Source: an uncultured Alphaproteobacteria bacterium
GTDB taxonomy: Bacteria; Pseudomonadota; Alphaproteobacteria; CAAHEQ01; UBA3637
Direction: 5' to 3'
DNA: 64,000 nucleotides
NCBI GenBank assembly: GCA_944391565.1
Contig: CALXUB010000028.1
Coordinates: forward strand, 30,738 to 94,737
Shown here: positions 50,396-61,227 of the stretch, in pieces
How positions within the stretch are numbered: the stretch's first letter is position 1
Layout: each line of letters begins with the position of its first letter
The notes under the pieces: model-generated
What the model saw: only the letters and a program-made list of their open reading frames with translations
The model's database searches: none
Told to the model about the DNA's origin: nothing
Program-made: the position numbers and the translations under genes

Positions 50396-50472
50396 GGGCG
50401 GTTAGCTCAGCTGGCTAGAGCATCTCGTTTACACCGAGAGGGTCAGGAGTTCGAATCTCTTACCGCCTACCA
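50396..50472 (+). tRNA. tRNA-Val (anticodon TAC)
   Basis: GGGCGGTTAGCTCAGCTGGCTAGAGCATCTCGTTTACACCGAGAGGGTCAGGAGTTCGAATCTCTTACCGCCTACCA. Confidence 0.8.
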
Positions 50473-50674
50473 AACAGGGCCGTATGGCCCTTTTTTGATG
50501 TTTCTATCGGCCCACCTTCCATCTTTCCCGGTTGTTTGTTTCTTTGGAGGGCAAACTGCACCATCCGGCATTGCTTACACGGTTCAAAAAGATAATTTGC
50601 AACCAGGGGGATGAACCAATAAACATAAAAAGGGCGACAATTTGCCGCCCTTTATAAAACGAAAGTCAACAAAC

Positions 50675-50950
50675 TTATTTGTTGACAGCGTCTTTCAAAC
50701 CTTTACCAGCACGGAATTTGGGTTGTTTCGATGCAGCGATTTTGATTTTTGCACCTGTGCGCGGGTTGCGGCCTTCAGAAGCAGCACGTTTCGTCACAGC
50801 AAATGTACCAAAACCAACCAAACGAACTTCATCACCTTTCTTCAAAGCTCCGGTCACGGAAGCAATGAACGCATCCACAGCTTTAGCAGCATCTGTTTTG
50901 GACAAGCCAGCTTTTTTTGCAACATCTGCAATCAAATCATTCTTATTCAC
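50675..50950 (-). CDS. hupB: DNA-binding protein HU (GTG start)
   Basis: [28 protein letters not shown]...; RBS AAGGAG. Confidence 0.85.
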   Translation of the reverse strand: MNKNDLIADVAKKAGLSKTDAAKAVDAFIASVTGALKKGDEVRLVGFGTFAVTKRAASEGRNPRTGAKIKIAASKQPKFRAGKGLKDAVNK

Positions 50951-51531
50951 GATAGGACTCCTTATTATAAAGTTAATACATAGTCTCCAATTTTGGCTCT
51001 TTTGAGCCACAATTAGATGTTAAGACGCTTTTGAAAGGATTGTCAAACAAAAATCTCATTTTTTCGTGATTTTCCTTTATTTTTGTGAAGTTTTATCGCT
51101 CAAGTAGAAGGAAAAAAGTAAAATATGCCACTTTTGGATGTAAAACATCAATATATCCAGGAAATCCAAGGCTTTCATGCTTTCTTAAACAAAAATAAAA
51201 ACGATTCGTTTTAACTCTTTCGGAAAATGATTCGATAAAATGGCAGTTCACATTTTTCCCTGGTCAGAAAAAACGTTTTCAGTTATCCTCATAACGACTC
51301 GATTCGTTTTTCGTTTTTAATAAAAAAAATCGTTTGTCTTAAAATGGAATAACCTAATAGGCGATTTTATTTAAAATATTTTCTATTTATAGATTATAAT
51401 TATCAATTAAAAAGTGTATCTAAATAAAAAACTTTAAAAATATTCAAAAAAATGTAATCTAAAGATTGTGTTCTTTAAAACTTTTACATATAATACATGT
51501 GTGTTTAAAAAACGATGAAAGGAGGTAGAAA

Positions 51532-51753
51532 ATGCTTTCAACTGAACAAGTTTTCATTAAAAGTGAAAACGTTAAAGTTCCTTTAAATAAGGAAGTTTGC
51601 GCTGCTCTGAATGATATTTGTCAAAAGGAGAAGATTAATTTTGGAAATCTCTGCTCTATGATTGATCAAAGAAAAGGAAAGACCTGTCTGACATTGGCGC
51701 TTTATTTGTTTACTTTGATTTATTATCGGCGAGCAGCGCTGGTTCAAAAATAA
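51532..51753 (+). CDS. Small hypothetical protein (73 aa) with C-terminal hydrophobic segment
   Basis: Very strong RBS AAAGGAGG. Confidence 0.35.
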   Translation: MLSTEQVFIKSENVKVPLNKEVCAALNDICQKEKINFGNLCSMIDQRKGKTCLTLALYLFTLIYYRRAALVQK

Positions 51754-51776
51754 TGATTTTTTCATTCCTCTGTTAA

Positions 51777-51802
51777 AAAAAAGCCCCCGAAAGGGGGCTT
51801 TT
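51777..51802. terminator. Bidirectional rho-independent terminator (GCCCCCGAAAGGGGGC flanked by A and T runs)
   Basis: Read directly. Confidence 0.75.
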
Positions 51803-51812
51803 GGTTAAGAAC

Positions 51813-54236
51813 TTAATTAACGGCAACCGTTGTTTGTGGACCGGGTGCCTCACAAGGCGGTAAGTCGTTTGGCAAAGGGGTCAAAGGTTGGATTAAGGCC
51901 TTTTCCAAAACTTCGCGCACATAAGTGACAGGAATAATTTGAAGACCTTCTTTAACGTTGGCCGGTATTTCCTCCAAATCTTTGACATTTTCCGAGGGAA
52001 TCAGAACGGTTTTTAAACCGGCTCGCAGAGCTGCCAACAATTTTTCCTTTAACCCACCGATCGGCAGAACACGACCACGCAACGTAATTTCTCCCGTCAT
52101 GGCAATGTCTTTCCGAACCGGAATACCGGTCAGAGCGGAAACCAAAGACGTACACATGGTAATACCGGCTGACGGTCCGTCTTTCGGTGTGGCTCCTTCG
52201 GGAACATGAACATGAAGATCATTCTTTTCAAATAAAGAGGAGGGAATACCAAAAGCAACATGGTGCGAACGAATGTAAGAACGAGCTGCTTCCACAGATT
52301 CTTTCATTACATCTCCCAGCGATCCCGTTAAGATGATATTGCCTTTTCCGGGCATCGTGACTGCTTCGATGGATAGAATTTCCCCCCCCACTTCTGTCCA
52401 AGCTAAACCGGTTGTCACACCGACTTGGTCTTCCTGTTCCGCAACCCCGAAACTATAACGTGGCACACCGGCATATTTTGACAAGTTTTCTTTTGTCACT
52501 TCCACCGTTTTTTGTTCACCCATCATGATTTCTTTGACGGCTTTTCGCGTCAGATTGGCAATTTCACGCTCTAAGTTGCGCACACCTGCCTCACGCGTAT
52601 ATAAACGGATTAAATCGCGGATAGCATCTTCCGTCACTTTAAATTCTTTTTCGGTCAATCCGGCGGCTTTCATTTGTTTGGCAATCAAATGACGCTTTGC
52701 TATTTCGACTTTTTCGTCTTCTGTATAGCCGGATAATTGAATAATTTCCATTCGATCTAACAAAGGACGCGGCATTTTCAGCGTGTTAGCCGTTGTGACA
52801 AACATCACGTCGGATAAGTTATAATCAATCTCCAAATAATGGTCGTTGAAGGTTGCATTTTGTTCAGGATCCAGCACTTCCAGCAAAGCAGAAGAAGGAT
52901 CTCCGCGCCAGTCAGCTCCTAATTTATCAATTTCATCCAACAGGAACAATGTGTTTAGCGTTTTGGCTTTTTTCATGCCCTGAATAATTTTGCCGGGCAT
53001 GGAACCGATATAGGTACGTCTGTGTCCGCGGATTTCTGCTTCATCCCGCATGCCGCCTAATGAGGCGCGGACGAAATGTCGTCCTGTTGCTTTGGCAATA
53101 GACTGTCCCAAAGATGTCTTGCCGACACCCGGCGGACCGACCAAACATAGAATCGGACCCTTAATTCCGTTCGACTTCTTTTGAACAGCTAAATATTCAA
53201 TGATGCGTTCTTTGACTTTTTCCAAACCGTAATGATCTTTATCCAGGATTTCCTGAGCTTTTTTTAAATCAATTTGGTTTCGTCCCGGATGCTTCCACGG
53301 CAAAGATAAAATCCAATCTAAATAATTGCGAATGACACCGGCTTCGGCCGACATAGGACCCATCATGCGCAGTTTCCTGAGCTCTCCAAGGGCTTTTTCT
53401 TTTGCTTCTTTGGGCAAATGTGCTTTTTCAATTCTTTTTTGAAACTCAAGCAATTCACTGCCTTCTTCTTCATCTCCCAGCTCTTTTTGAATGGCTTTCA
53501 TCTGCTCATTCAGATAGTATTCTTTTTGACTTTTTTCCATTTGATGTTTCACGCGCTTGCGGATTTTCTTTTCAACTTGCAAGACGCTGATTTCCTTTTC
53601 CATGAAAGTAAACAATTCTTCCATGCGTTTCAAAAGGGATTTTGTTTCCAAAAGCTTTTGTTTGTCAGCAATTTTAAGCGTTAAATGAGATGAAACGGCA
53701 TCTGCCAACTTGGCCGGATCTTGTATTTGAGAAACGGCGACCCATGCTTCCGGCGGAATGCGTTTATTCAGGCTGACATATCGTTCAAATTGTCCCATAA
53801 TGGAACGGGTGAGGGCATCCAATTCTTCGGATGGTTCATCTTCATCTTTAACTTGTTCGGCACGAACTTCCATAAAAGGATCTTCTTGAATGAAGGCTTT
53901 AATTTCAGCTCGTTGTGTTCCTTCCACCAAGACTTTGACGGTTCCGTCCGGCAGACGAAGCAGCTGCAAAACGGTTGCCAGTGTTCCCAGTGTATTCATA
54001 TCTTCGGCTTTGGGATCATCCACGGTCGGATCTTTTTGCGTGACAAGCAAAATTTGCTTATTTTCGGACATAATGCTATCCAAAGCACGGACTGACTTTT
54101 CGCGGCCGACAAACAAAGGCACAACCATGTGCGGAAAGACAACAATATCTCGTAACGGCAACAGCGGATAAACATCCTTCGGTCCGTTGTCGGCAGGAAT
54201 AATATTTTCAAAGTTTTTTAAATCTTCTGACGGCAT
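51813..54236 (-). CDS. lon: ATP-dependent Lon protease
   Basis: 807 aa; Walker [10 protein letters not shown]; catalytic Ser context DGPSAG. Confidence 0.95.
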   Translation of the reverse strand: MPSEDLKNFENIIPADNGPKDVYPLLPLRDIVVFPHMVVPLFVGREKSVRALDSIMSENKQILLVTQKDPTVDDPKAEDMNTLGTLATVLQLLRLPDGTVKVLVEGTQRAEIKAFIQEDPFMEVRAEQVKDEDEPSEELDALTRSIMGQFERYVSLNKRIPPEAWVAVSQIQDPAKLADAVSSHLTLKIADKQKLLETKSLLKRMEELFTFMEKEISVLQVEKKIRKRVKHQMEKSQKEYYLNEQMKAIQKELGDEEEGSELLEFQKRIEKAHLPKEAKEKALGELRKLRMMGPMSAEAGVIRNYLDWILSLPWKHPGRNQIDLKKAQEILDKDHYGLEKVKERIIEYLAVQKKSNGIKGPILCLVGPPGVGKTSLGQSIAKATGRHFVRASLGGMRDEAEIRGHRRTYIGSMPGKIIQGMKKAKTLNTLFLLDEIDKLGADWRGDPSSALLEVLDPEQNATFNDHYLEIDYNLSDVMFVTTANTLKMPRPLLDRMEIIQLSGYTEDEKVEIAKRHLIAKQMKAAGLTEKEFKVTEDAIRDLIRLYTREAGVRNLEREIANLTRKAVKEIMMGEQKTVEVTKENLSKYAGVPRYSFGVAEQEDQVGVTTGLAWTEVGGEILSIEAVTMPGKGNIILTGSLGDVMKESVEAARSYIRSHHVAFGIPSSLFEKNDLHVHVPEGATPKDGPSAGITMCTSLVSALTGIPVRKDIAMTGEITLRGRVLPIGGLKEKLLAALRAGLKTVLIPSENVKDLEEIPANVKEGLQIIPVTYVREVLEKALIQPLTPLPNDLPPCEAPGPQTTVAVN

Positions 54237-54238
54237 TT

Positions 54239-55534
54239 TTAACTCGCATTTTCTTGTTTTTCATCAGCGTAAACCAGCATCGGAGCAGCTTCGCCATTAA
54301 CAACTTTTTCATTGATGATGACACCTGTTAAATCTTTAATGGTTGACAAATCAAACATCAAATCCAACAACAGATTTTCCATGATAGAACGTAAGCCTCT
54401 GGCCCCTGTTTTGCGGTCAAGAGCTTTCTGTGCAATGGCTTTGCAGGCATCTTTCGTAAAAGTCAAATCAACATTTTCCATCTTAAAGAGGCTTTGATAT
54501 TGCTTGATAAGCGCATTTTTAGGTTCAGTTAAAATCTTAACCAAAGCCTTTTCATCCAAATCATCCAATGTTGCAATGACTGGCAAACGTCCCACAAACT
54601 CCGGAATAAGGCCAAACTTCAATAAATCTTCAGGTTCCAGTTGAGCCAAAAGTTCTCCGGTTGTCTTTTCATCTTTGTCATGAACGGTTGCGCCAAAGCC
54701 GATAGAGGATTTTTCGGTTCGACGTTCAATCATTTTTTCCAAACCGGCAAAAGCTCCGCCGCAAATAAAAAGAATATTGGACGTATCCACCTGAATAAAC
54801 TCTTGCTGCGGATGTTTACGTCCGCCCTGTGGTGGAACGGCTGCTACCGTTCCTTCCATTAGTTTTAAAAGAGCTTGTTGCACTCCTTCACCGGATACAT
54901 CACGTGTGATGGAGGGGCCATCGTTCTTACGAGAGATTTTATCTATTTCATCAATATAAACAATTCCTTTTTGAGCCTTTTCAACATTATAATTAGCCGC
55001 TTGCAGCAATTTCAAAATGATGTTCTCAACGTCTTCACCGACATAACCGGCTTCTGTCAAAGTTGTCGCATCGGCAATAGCAAAAGGAACATTCAGGATT
55101 TTAGCCAAAGTCCGTGCTAAATATGTTTTACCGCATCCTGTGGCACCGACCAATAAGATGTTGGATTTGTTGATTTCTACATCATCTTTCTTTTCACTTG
55201 AGAGGCGTTTATAATGATTGTAAACAGCAACGGAAAGAACTTTCTTGGCTTTTTCCTGTCCGATGACATATTGATCCAAAAAAGCTTTAATCTCATGAGG
55301 GGAGGTTAGTTTTAATTCATCATCACTCATCTCGGTTTTGGCATTAGAGGCTTCTTCCGCAATGATTTTAGCACATAAATCAACGCACTCGTCACAGATG
55401 AAAACCGTTTGACCTTGGCCTTCGCCCATGGAAAGCGTGCGTCCGGCAATCAACTTGCGAACTTCGTTCTGCGTTTTATTGCAAAAAGAACAAACGAGTG
55501 TGTTTTTGTTATTTTCGTGCGTTTTATCAGTCAT
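54239..55534 (-). CDS. clpX: ClpX ATPase subunit
   Basis: Zinc-finger CSFCNK...CDEC and GPTGCGKT. Confidence 0.95.
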   Translation of the reverse strand: MTDKTHENNKNTLVCSFCNKTQNEVRKLIAGRTLSMGEGQGQTVFICDECVDLCAKIIAEEASNAKTEMSDDELKLTSPHEIKAFLDQYVIGQEKAKKVLSVAVYNHYKRLSSEKKDDVEINKSNILLVGATGCGKTYLARTLAKILNVPFAIADATTLTEAGYVGEDVENIILKLLQAANYNVEKAQKGIVYIDEIDKISRKNDGPSITRDVSGEGVQQALLKLMEGTVAAVPPQGGRKHPQQEFIQVDTSNILFICGGAFAGLEKMIERRTEKSSIGFGATVHDKDEKTTGELLAQLEPEDLLKFGLIPEFVGRLPVIATLDDLDEKALVKILTEPKNALIKQYQSLFKMENVDLTFTKDACKAIAQKALDRKTGARGLRSIMENLLLDLMFDLSTIKDLTGVIINEKVVNGEAAPMLVYADEKQENAS

Positions 55535-55727
55535 TTCATTCCCTCTTTATCATAGATATGTATATATAGGAAGAGGGGGATCTTTTTGCAAGCCCCTTCT
55601 TTGGTCTGCCATCTTTTTGATATATGTCTGGCCATCCTGTCCTTATCTTGCCTAACTCATATTAAACTGATAACAGTTTATCTGCTTTCGGCTAAAAAGC
55701 AAGCAAAAAAGCAAACAATTTTAGGGA

Positions 55728-56348
55728 TTATTTTTCCGGTGTTCTTGTTGTAATGATTTCATCAATCAAGCCAAATTTTTTGGCATCCTCGGGCGTCATG
55801 AAGTTATCACGTTCCATGGCTTTTTCAACAACATCCAATGATTTTCCCGTTTGTTGGACGTAAATCTGATTTAATCGCGCTTTTAAATCCAAAATCTCTT
55901 TTGCATGAATTTCAATATCGGTCGCTTGTCCTTGAAATCCGCCGGACGGTTGATGAATCATGATGCGCGAATGAGGTAGTGCAAACCGTCTTCCTTTCGC
56001 ACCACAGCATAAGAGTAAGGAACCCATAGAAGCTGCTTGTCCCATGACAATCGTTGAAACAGGACATTTAATATAGTTCATGGTATCCATAATGGCCAAA
56101 CCGGAAGTGACAACACCGCCGGGGGAGTTGATATAAAAAGAAATTTCTTTTTTAGGATCTTCTGCCTCCAGGAACAAAAGCTGGGCGCAGATAAGGCTGG
56201 ATACATTATCTTCGACAGGTCCGGTCAAAAAGATAATTCGTTCTTTTAACAGACGCGAATAAATATCGAAAGCTCTTTCCCCGCGGCCGGTTTGTTCAAC
56301 AACCGTCGGAACCAGATATTCCATTTTCATTTGACCGAACTCTGTCAT
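55728..56348 (-). CDS. clpP: ClpP protease subunit
   Basis: Family blocks including [15 protein letters not shown] and GQAASMGS. Confidence 0.95.
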   Translation of the reverse strand: MTEFGQMKMEYLVPTVVEQTGRGERAFDIYSRLLKERIIFLTGPVEDNVSSLICAQLLFLEAEDPKKEISFYINSPGGVVTSGLAIMDTMNYIKCPVSTIVMGQAASMGSLLLCCGAKGRRFALPHSRIMIHQPSGGFQGQATDIEIHAKEILDLKARLNQIYVQQTGKSLDVVEKAMERDNFMTPEDAKKFGLIDEIITTRTPEK

Positions 56349-56360
56349 GTGATATGTCCT

Positions 56361-57713
56361 TTATTTGTTTTTCTTATTGTCTTTTGCATCCGGATCGTAG
56401 GCATACAATTCGGCAACCGTCAATTGTTTTTCATTGACTTTAATATTGTCTGCTACGAAGTCAATGACTTTTTCTTCAAAAAGCGGCGCACGCAGGGTAT
56501 CCAAAGCGCGTTCGTTTTTGGCATAGAAGTCAAAGACTTTTTGTTCTTGTCCCGGATAACGGCGAGCTTCAGCCATGATTGCCTTTGTTAAATCATCCTG
56601 TGACAGGGTGATTTTGTTCAAGTTTGCAATTTCGGCAAGCAGCAAGCCGAGTTTAACCCGACGTTCCGCAATACCTTTATATTCTTTTTTCAGATCTTCT
56701 TCTTTGGCGTTTTTCTCATCTTCATCCAGTTCGCCGCGGGCTTTAGCCGCTTCATACTGTTTCCAGATAGCGTCAAATTCCATATCGACCATGCTTTGCG
56801 GCGCTTCAAAATCGCACAAAGGAGCTAACGCATCCAAAATAGCGCGTTTCAAATGAATATGAGAGACATTCGCATATTCTTTAGCAAGCTCGTCTTTCAC
56901 CAATTCTTTTAATGCATCCAATGTATCTTTTCCGAATAACTTGGCAAAGTCATCGTTCATTTCAACATCTTTGACTTTACGCAATTCTTTGATATCTACA
57001 TCAAACAGAGCTTGTTTGCCTGCCAGTTCTTTAACATGATAATTGGCCGGAAAAGCAACGTTGACAAGGGTTTTTTCTCCGATTTTCTTGCCTGTCAGCT
57101 GATCTTCGAAACCTGGGATAAAGGTGTTGGAACCCAGTTCCAGGTAATAATCCTTGCCTTTTCCGCCTTTGAATTCTTTTCCGTCAATGGAGCCCACGAA
57201 GTCGATCACGATAATATCGCCGGTTTTTGTCGGGCGGTCTTCGTTTAAAACCTCTGTTTCGCGGCGGCTTTGAGCCAAACGTTTTAAGGCTTCGTCAATT
57301 TCTTTTTGGGTCACTTCAGCCGTTAATTTTTGGACTTCTACTTTTGTTAAGTCGACCGGTTTGATTTCCGGTAAAACTTCGGCTTCCACCGTGAATTCGA
57401 AATCTTTTCCGTCTTCAAAAGCGCCAATGTCCACTTTCGGTGTGTTGGCTGCTTTTAACTTATTTTCTTCAAAAGCCTGGCGAGAGCCTTGTTGAACCAA
57501 AGCTTCGGCGGCTTCGCCTTTTACGGCTTGACCATATTTTTGTTCAACGACATTCATCGGAACTTTGCCCGGACGGAACCCGGGAAGTTTGACTTTTGTC
57601 GCAATGTCTTGAAGCCTTTTTTGGACTTCAGCTTCGAATTCATCGGCGGGAACGACAACTTTAAATGTGTGTGTCAATCCTTTTTTATTTGTTTCAGTAA
57701 TTTTCATAGACAT
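56361..57713 (-). CDS. tig: Trigger factor
   Basis: 450 aa; family blocks. Confidence 0.9.
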   Translation of the reverse strand: MSMKITETNKKGLTHTFKVVVPADEFEAEVQKRLQDIATKVKLPGFRPGKVPMNVVEQKYGQAVKGEAAEALVQQGSRQAFEENKLKAANTPKVDIGAFEDGKDFEFTVEAEVLPEIKPVDLTKVEVQKLTAEVTQKEIDEALKRLAQSRRETEVLNEDRPTKTGDIIVIDFVGSIDGKEFKGGKGKDYYLELGSNTFIPGFEDQLTGKKIGEKTLVNVAFPANYHVKELAGKQALFDVDIKELRKVKDVEMNDDFAKLFGKDTLDALKELVKDELAKEYANVSHIHLKRAILDALAPLCDFEAPQSMVDMEFDAIWKQYEAAKARGELDEDEKNAKEEDLKKEYKGIAERRVKLGLLLAEIANLNKITLSQDDLTKAIMAEARRYPGQEQKVFDFYAKNERALDTLRAPLFEEKVIDFVADNIKVNEKQLTVAELYAYDPDAKDNKKNK

Positions 57714-57744
57714 ATCCTATCATTTTTTTAACGGTGTCCTTTTG

Positions 57745-57829
57745 TGGTGCGGGCGGAGGGACTTGAACCCCCATGAGTTTCCTCATCGGAACCTAAATCC
57801 GACGCGTCTACCAGTTTCGCCACGCCCGC
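57745..57829 (-). tRNA. tRNA-Leu (anticodon TAG)
   Basis: Reverse-complement cloverleaf with long variable arm and encoded CCA. Confidence 0.8.
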
Positions 57830-57975
57830 AAAACTCGGGACAGACAATCATAAAACAAATTGCAAAATAGACGAAAAGTCACGTTTTTGCAACTCTTTTT
57901 TACGCTTGAGGCTCATCTTGTCACAAAAAAAACGGAAAATCAAGCAGATTTCTTCATAAAAAAGGAACAAAGCAT

Positions 57976-58066
57976 GAAAAAAGGGAAAGCATAACTTTCC
58001 CTTCTCATTTTGTGGAATAATCCTTATTAACGGAAAGACCACACTCTTTTATCTGCTATAAAAGAT
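57976..58066 (-). ncRNA. Predicted tracrRNA: anti-repeat, AAUAAGG / AAAUGAGAA region and intrinsic terminator (GGGAAAGUUAUGCUUUCCC-U6)
   Basis: The + strand at 58027-58062 is 27/36 identical to the crRNA-sense repeat, so the minus strand pairs with it; minus-strand terminator hairpin at 58001-57983 plus T6; candidate -10 TATAAT on the minus strand at 58075-58070. Confidence 0.6.
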
Positions 58067-58137
58067 ACAATTATATTGCAATATTATCTAAACTCTGTCA
58101 ATATATTTTTTATTCTAATATGAAAAAAGAGGTCACT

Positions 58138-61100
58138 ATGAGCTATACGTTAGGATTGGACTTAGGAAATACATCTATCGGATGGGTACTTTTAAAAACA
58201 AACGATGCGGAAATAACGGGAATTGAAGCCATGGGCGTCCGTATTTTCCCGGATGGTCGTGAAGCTCAGTCTAAAGAGCCTTTAGCTGTCGCACGCAGGA
58301 TGGCCCGTTCGATGCGCCGTTCTTTGGACAGACGTCTGCTGCGTCAGGAAAAACTGATGCGCTTTTTGATTGAGAACGGCCTTTACCCTGCAAATGAAGC
58401 AGATAGTAAGAAATTGGTTCAATTAAATCCCTATGCCTGTCGTGATAAAGCTTCCCGTGAAGAAGTTAATCCTTTTGAAGTGGGGCGAGCATTATACCAT
58501 ATTTGTCTTCGTCGCGGTTTTCTCAGCAACAGAAAAACAGACAAAAAAGACAAAGAAAGCGGCAGCATGAAAACAGCCATTCATGTATTGGAAGAAAAAA
58601 TAGCTCAATCAGGAGCGCAAACGCTGGGGCAATATCTGTATTTGCTTCAGCTTCAGGATGATCATGCGCAGCTGCGTGTCAGTGCGCAGACGGCGGGAAC
58701 AAAAAACGTATACAATTTCTATCCCTCTCGAGCCATGTATGAGCGGGAGGTTGATCAAATTTTAATGCATCAATCATATTTGTCGGCGGCCCAGAAAAAT
58801 GAAATAAAAGAAATTATTTTCTATCAACGGCCCTTGAAAAAGCCTCAAGTTGGCTTTTGCACTTTAGAAGAAAAAGAACGTCGGGCGCCCAAATCCAGTA
58901 TTTTGTTTCAATATTTCAGGTTGTTGCAAAAACTGAATGATTTAGAATATGTTTTCTTGGATACAGGGGAATGTTTAACAGATGAAAACCGTCAAGTTAT
59001 TAAAGAAATGCTGTTGAAATCAAAAGAAGTTTCTTTTGAAACGATTCGTAAAAAATTAGGCGTTTCGTATCGTTTTTCGCATGAAGACGAAAAAACATCC
59101 AAACTGACGGGACATGAAATCAATGCGAAAATGAGTTCTAAAAAGGCTTTCGGATCTGCTTGGTTTGAACTGTCCGGACGGGAACAAGAACACCTTGTCA
59201 TGCTTTTGTCCAATCTGGAGAAAGAAGATGTTCTTGAAAAATATTTAAAACAGACTTATCCGGATTTAAGCGATGAGCAAGTCGAATATCTGCTAGGACT
59301 TTCTTTTCCAGAAGGATATGGCCATTTAAGTCGACGAGCAATGTTAAAAATAATTCCGTTTATGGAAAAAGGCTTATCTTATTATGATGCTTGTGAAGCG
59401 GCCGGTTATCACGAAACGGAACAGCCGCACGGAGAGCTGTTGCCTTATTATGGGGAGATTTTGTATAAAAAATTATTGGGCGGAAGTTTTAATCCATCCG
59501 ATCAAAATACACCGGAGCTTTATTATGGAAAAATTAATAATCCGACAGTTCATATCGGTCTGAACCAACTTCGTTTGCTTGTCAATGAACTAATAGCCCA
59601 ATATGGGAAGCCGACACAAATTGTGGTAGAACTGGCGCGTGAATTAAAGATGTCTCAAAAAGACTTGAATGAACTGAATCGAAGACAAACGGCCGATAGA
59701 AAGGAAAACGAGAAAATCAATCTTTTTCTGAAAGAACAAGGATTGCCTGAAAGCTATGAAAATCGAATGCGGTATAAATTGTGGACGGATTTGGCTGAAA
59801 ATCCCTTGGAGCGCTGTTGTCCTTTCTGCGGTCGCACAATCGGTGAAGGGGATATTTTCTCGCCGGCTTTTGAAACAGAACATTTACTGCCATTTTCTCG
59901 TTCATTTAATGACGGACGGAATAATAAGGTTTTAGCTTGTAAGGAATGCAATAACTTTAAGAAAAACCAAACACCTTGGGAGGCATTTCATACTCATGTG
60001 GGAGATAAATATGATTGGGAAAATATCTTGGCCCGCGTTTCAAAAATGAATAACAGAAAAGCATGGCATTTTACGAAAGAAGCTGCCGAAAGTTTGGATG
60101 AAAACACGGTCTTAAATCGTTTTTTGAATGATACAAAGTATTTGTCCAAAATGGCAAAAGCTTATTTGGAATATATTTGTCCGGTTCGAACAATTCCGGG
60201 ACAATTAACCTCTAAAATGCGCAAGATTTGGCAATTTAATGACTTGATCGGCGAAACGGATGAAAAAGATCGCACGGAGCATCGACATCATGCGATTGAT
60301 GCCTTAACGGTGGCATGCACGACACGCAGTACACTACAGGCTTTTTCAACACATTCAAAAGAAAGCTATGAACGACAGCATAAAATTTTGGCCGGCAGTT
60401 TAGTTCCTTTTAAGGCTTTTAATCGGGCAGAAATGAAACAACTTTTGGAAAATATGGTGATTTCCTATAAACCTAATCATAAAGATGCTCAAAAAGCTGT
60501 TTCCCAAGGCAAAACGGCAGGGGCTTTGCATGATGAAACAAACTACGGAAAAGTGATGCATTTAAACGATGACGGTTCTGTTGAAAGCCGCTATGTGGTT
60601 CGAAAGCCGCTAATCAGTTTAATTGAAGATAAAAATATTGAAGAAATCGGTGATCGAAAAATCCGTCATGAACTGCAGACATTGCTTGCCGGCAAAAGTA
60701 AAGAGGAACGTAAAAAATTATTGGAGGCCTACAGCGAGGAAAAGAATATCAGAACGGTTCGCGTCCATATCATTAAAAAAGATGATGCTATGATCGGCAT
60801 TTGTCGGAAGGGACAGGAAAAACCCTATCGTTATGTCGCCAGCGGTAATAATTATTGTATGGATATTTATTGTCCGAATCGAGGGAAAAATAAAGGGGTT
60901 TGGTGTGGAGAAGTCATCTCTAATTATGAGGCTCATCAAAAAGGTTTCCAGCCTCAGTGGCGGCAAAAAGAGCCGGAGGCAAAACTGATTATGCGTCTGT
61001 TTATCGACGATATGGTCGCATATGAGGAAAACGGACAAACGGAAATCCGACGCGTGAAAAAAATGGATAAAAGTGTTAAAGTTTATCTGCGTTCTCATTT

Positions 61101-61227
61101 GATAGCAGCAGAAGAAGCAGATAAATTATCTTGGGCAGCTTCTCCGCGACAGCTTCAGTTAAAAAATGCCCGGAAAATAAAAGTTGATGTTTTGGGACGG
61201 GTTTTTGACCCGAAAAGTTCCAAATGA
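58138..61227 (+). CDS. cas9: Cas9, type II-C, about 1029 aa (ORF track begins at 58120; the ATG at 58138 has an AAGAGG RBS)
   Basis: RuvC-I LGLDLGNTSIGW; Arg-rich bridge helix RRMARSMRRSLDRRLLRQ; HNH ETEHLLPFSRSFNDGRNNKVLACKECNNFKKNQTP; RuvC-III HHAIDAL. Confidence 0.92.
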   Translation: MSYTLGLDLGNTSIGWVLLKTNDAEITGIEAMGVRIFPDGREAQSKEPLAVARRMARSMRRSLDRRLLRQEKLMRFLIENGLYPANEADSKKLVQLNPYACRDKASREEVNPFEVGRALYHICLRRGFLSNRKTDKKDKESGSMKTAIHVLEEKIAQSGAQTLGQYLYLLQLQDDHAQLRVSAQTAGTKNVYNFYPSRAMYEREVDQILMHQSYLSAAQKNEIKEIIFYQRPLKKPQVGFCTLEEKERRAPKSSILFQYFRLLQKLNDLEYVFLDTGECLTDENRQVIKEMLLKSKEVSFETIRKKLGVSYRFSHEDEKTSKLTGHEINAKMSSKKAFGSAWFELSGREQEHLVMLLSNLEKEDVLEKYLKQTYPDLSDEQVEYLLGLSFPEGYGHLSRRAMLKIIPFMEKGLSYYDACEAAGYHETEQPHGELLPYYGEILYKKLLGGSFNPSDQNTPELYYGKINNPTVHIGLNQLRLLVNELIAQYGKPTQIVVELARELKMSQKDLNELNRRQTADRKENEKINLFLKEQGLPESYENRMRYKLWTDLAENPLERCCPFCGRTIGEGDIFSPAFETEHLLPFSRSFNDGRNNKVLACKECNNFKKNQTPWEAFHTHVGDKYDWENILARVSKMNNRKAWHFTKEAAESLDENTVLNRFLNDTKYLSKMAKAYLEYICPVRTIPGQLTSKMRKIWQFNDLIGETDEKDRTEHRHHAIDALTVACTTRSTLQAFSTHSKESYERQHKILAGSLVPFKAFNRAEMKQLLENMVISYKPNHKDAQKAVSQGKTAGALHDETNYGKVMHLNDDGSVESRYVVRKPLISLIEDKNIEEIGDRKIRHELQTLLAGKSKEERKKLLEAYSEEKNIRTVRVHIIKKDDAMIGICRKGQEKPYRYVASGNNYCMDIYCPNRGKNKGVWCGEVISNYEAHQKGFQPQWRQKEPEAKLIMRLFIDDMVAYEENGQTEIRRVKKMDKSVKVYLRSHLIAAEEADKLSWAASPRQLQLKNARKIKVDVLGRVFDPKSSK

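Noticed and set aside
52382-52389. C8 homopolymer inside lon
   Set aside because: It encodes the Gly-Gly of a conserved EVGGEI segment in a housekeeping gene, with no alternative in-frame start. It is not a plausible phase-variation switch.
58120-58137. ORF-track start of cas9 at the ATG at 58120
   Set aside because: There is no RBS before 58120. The ATG at 58138 is preceded by AAGAGG at the right spacing and gives the canonical MSYTLGLDLGNTSIGW RuvC-I start.
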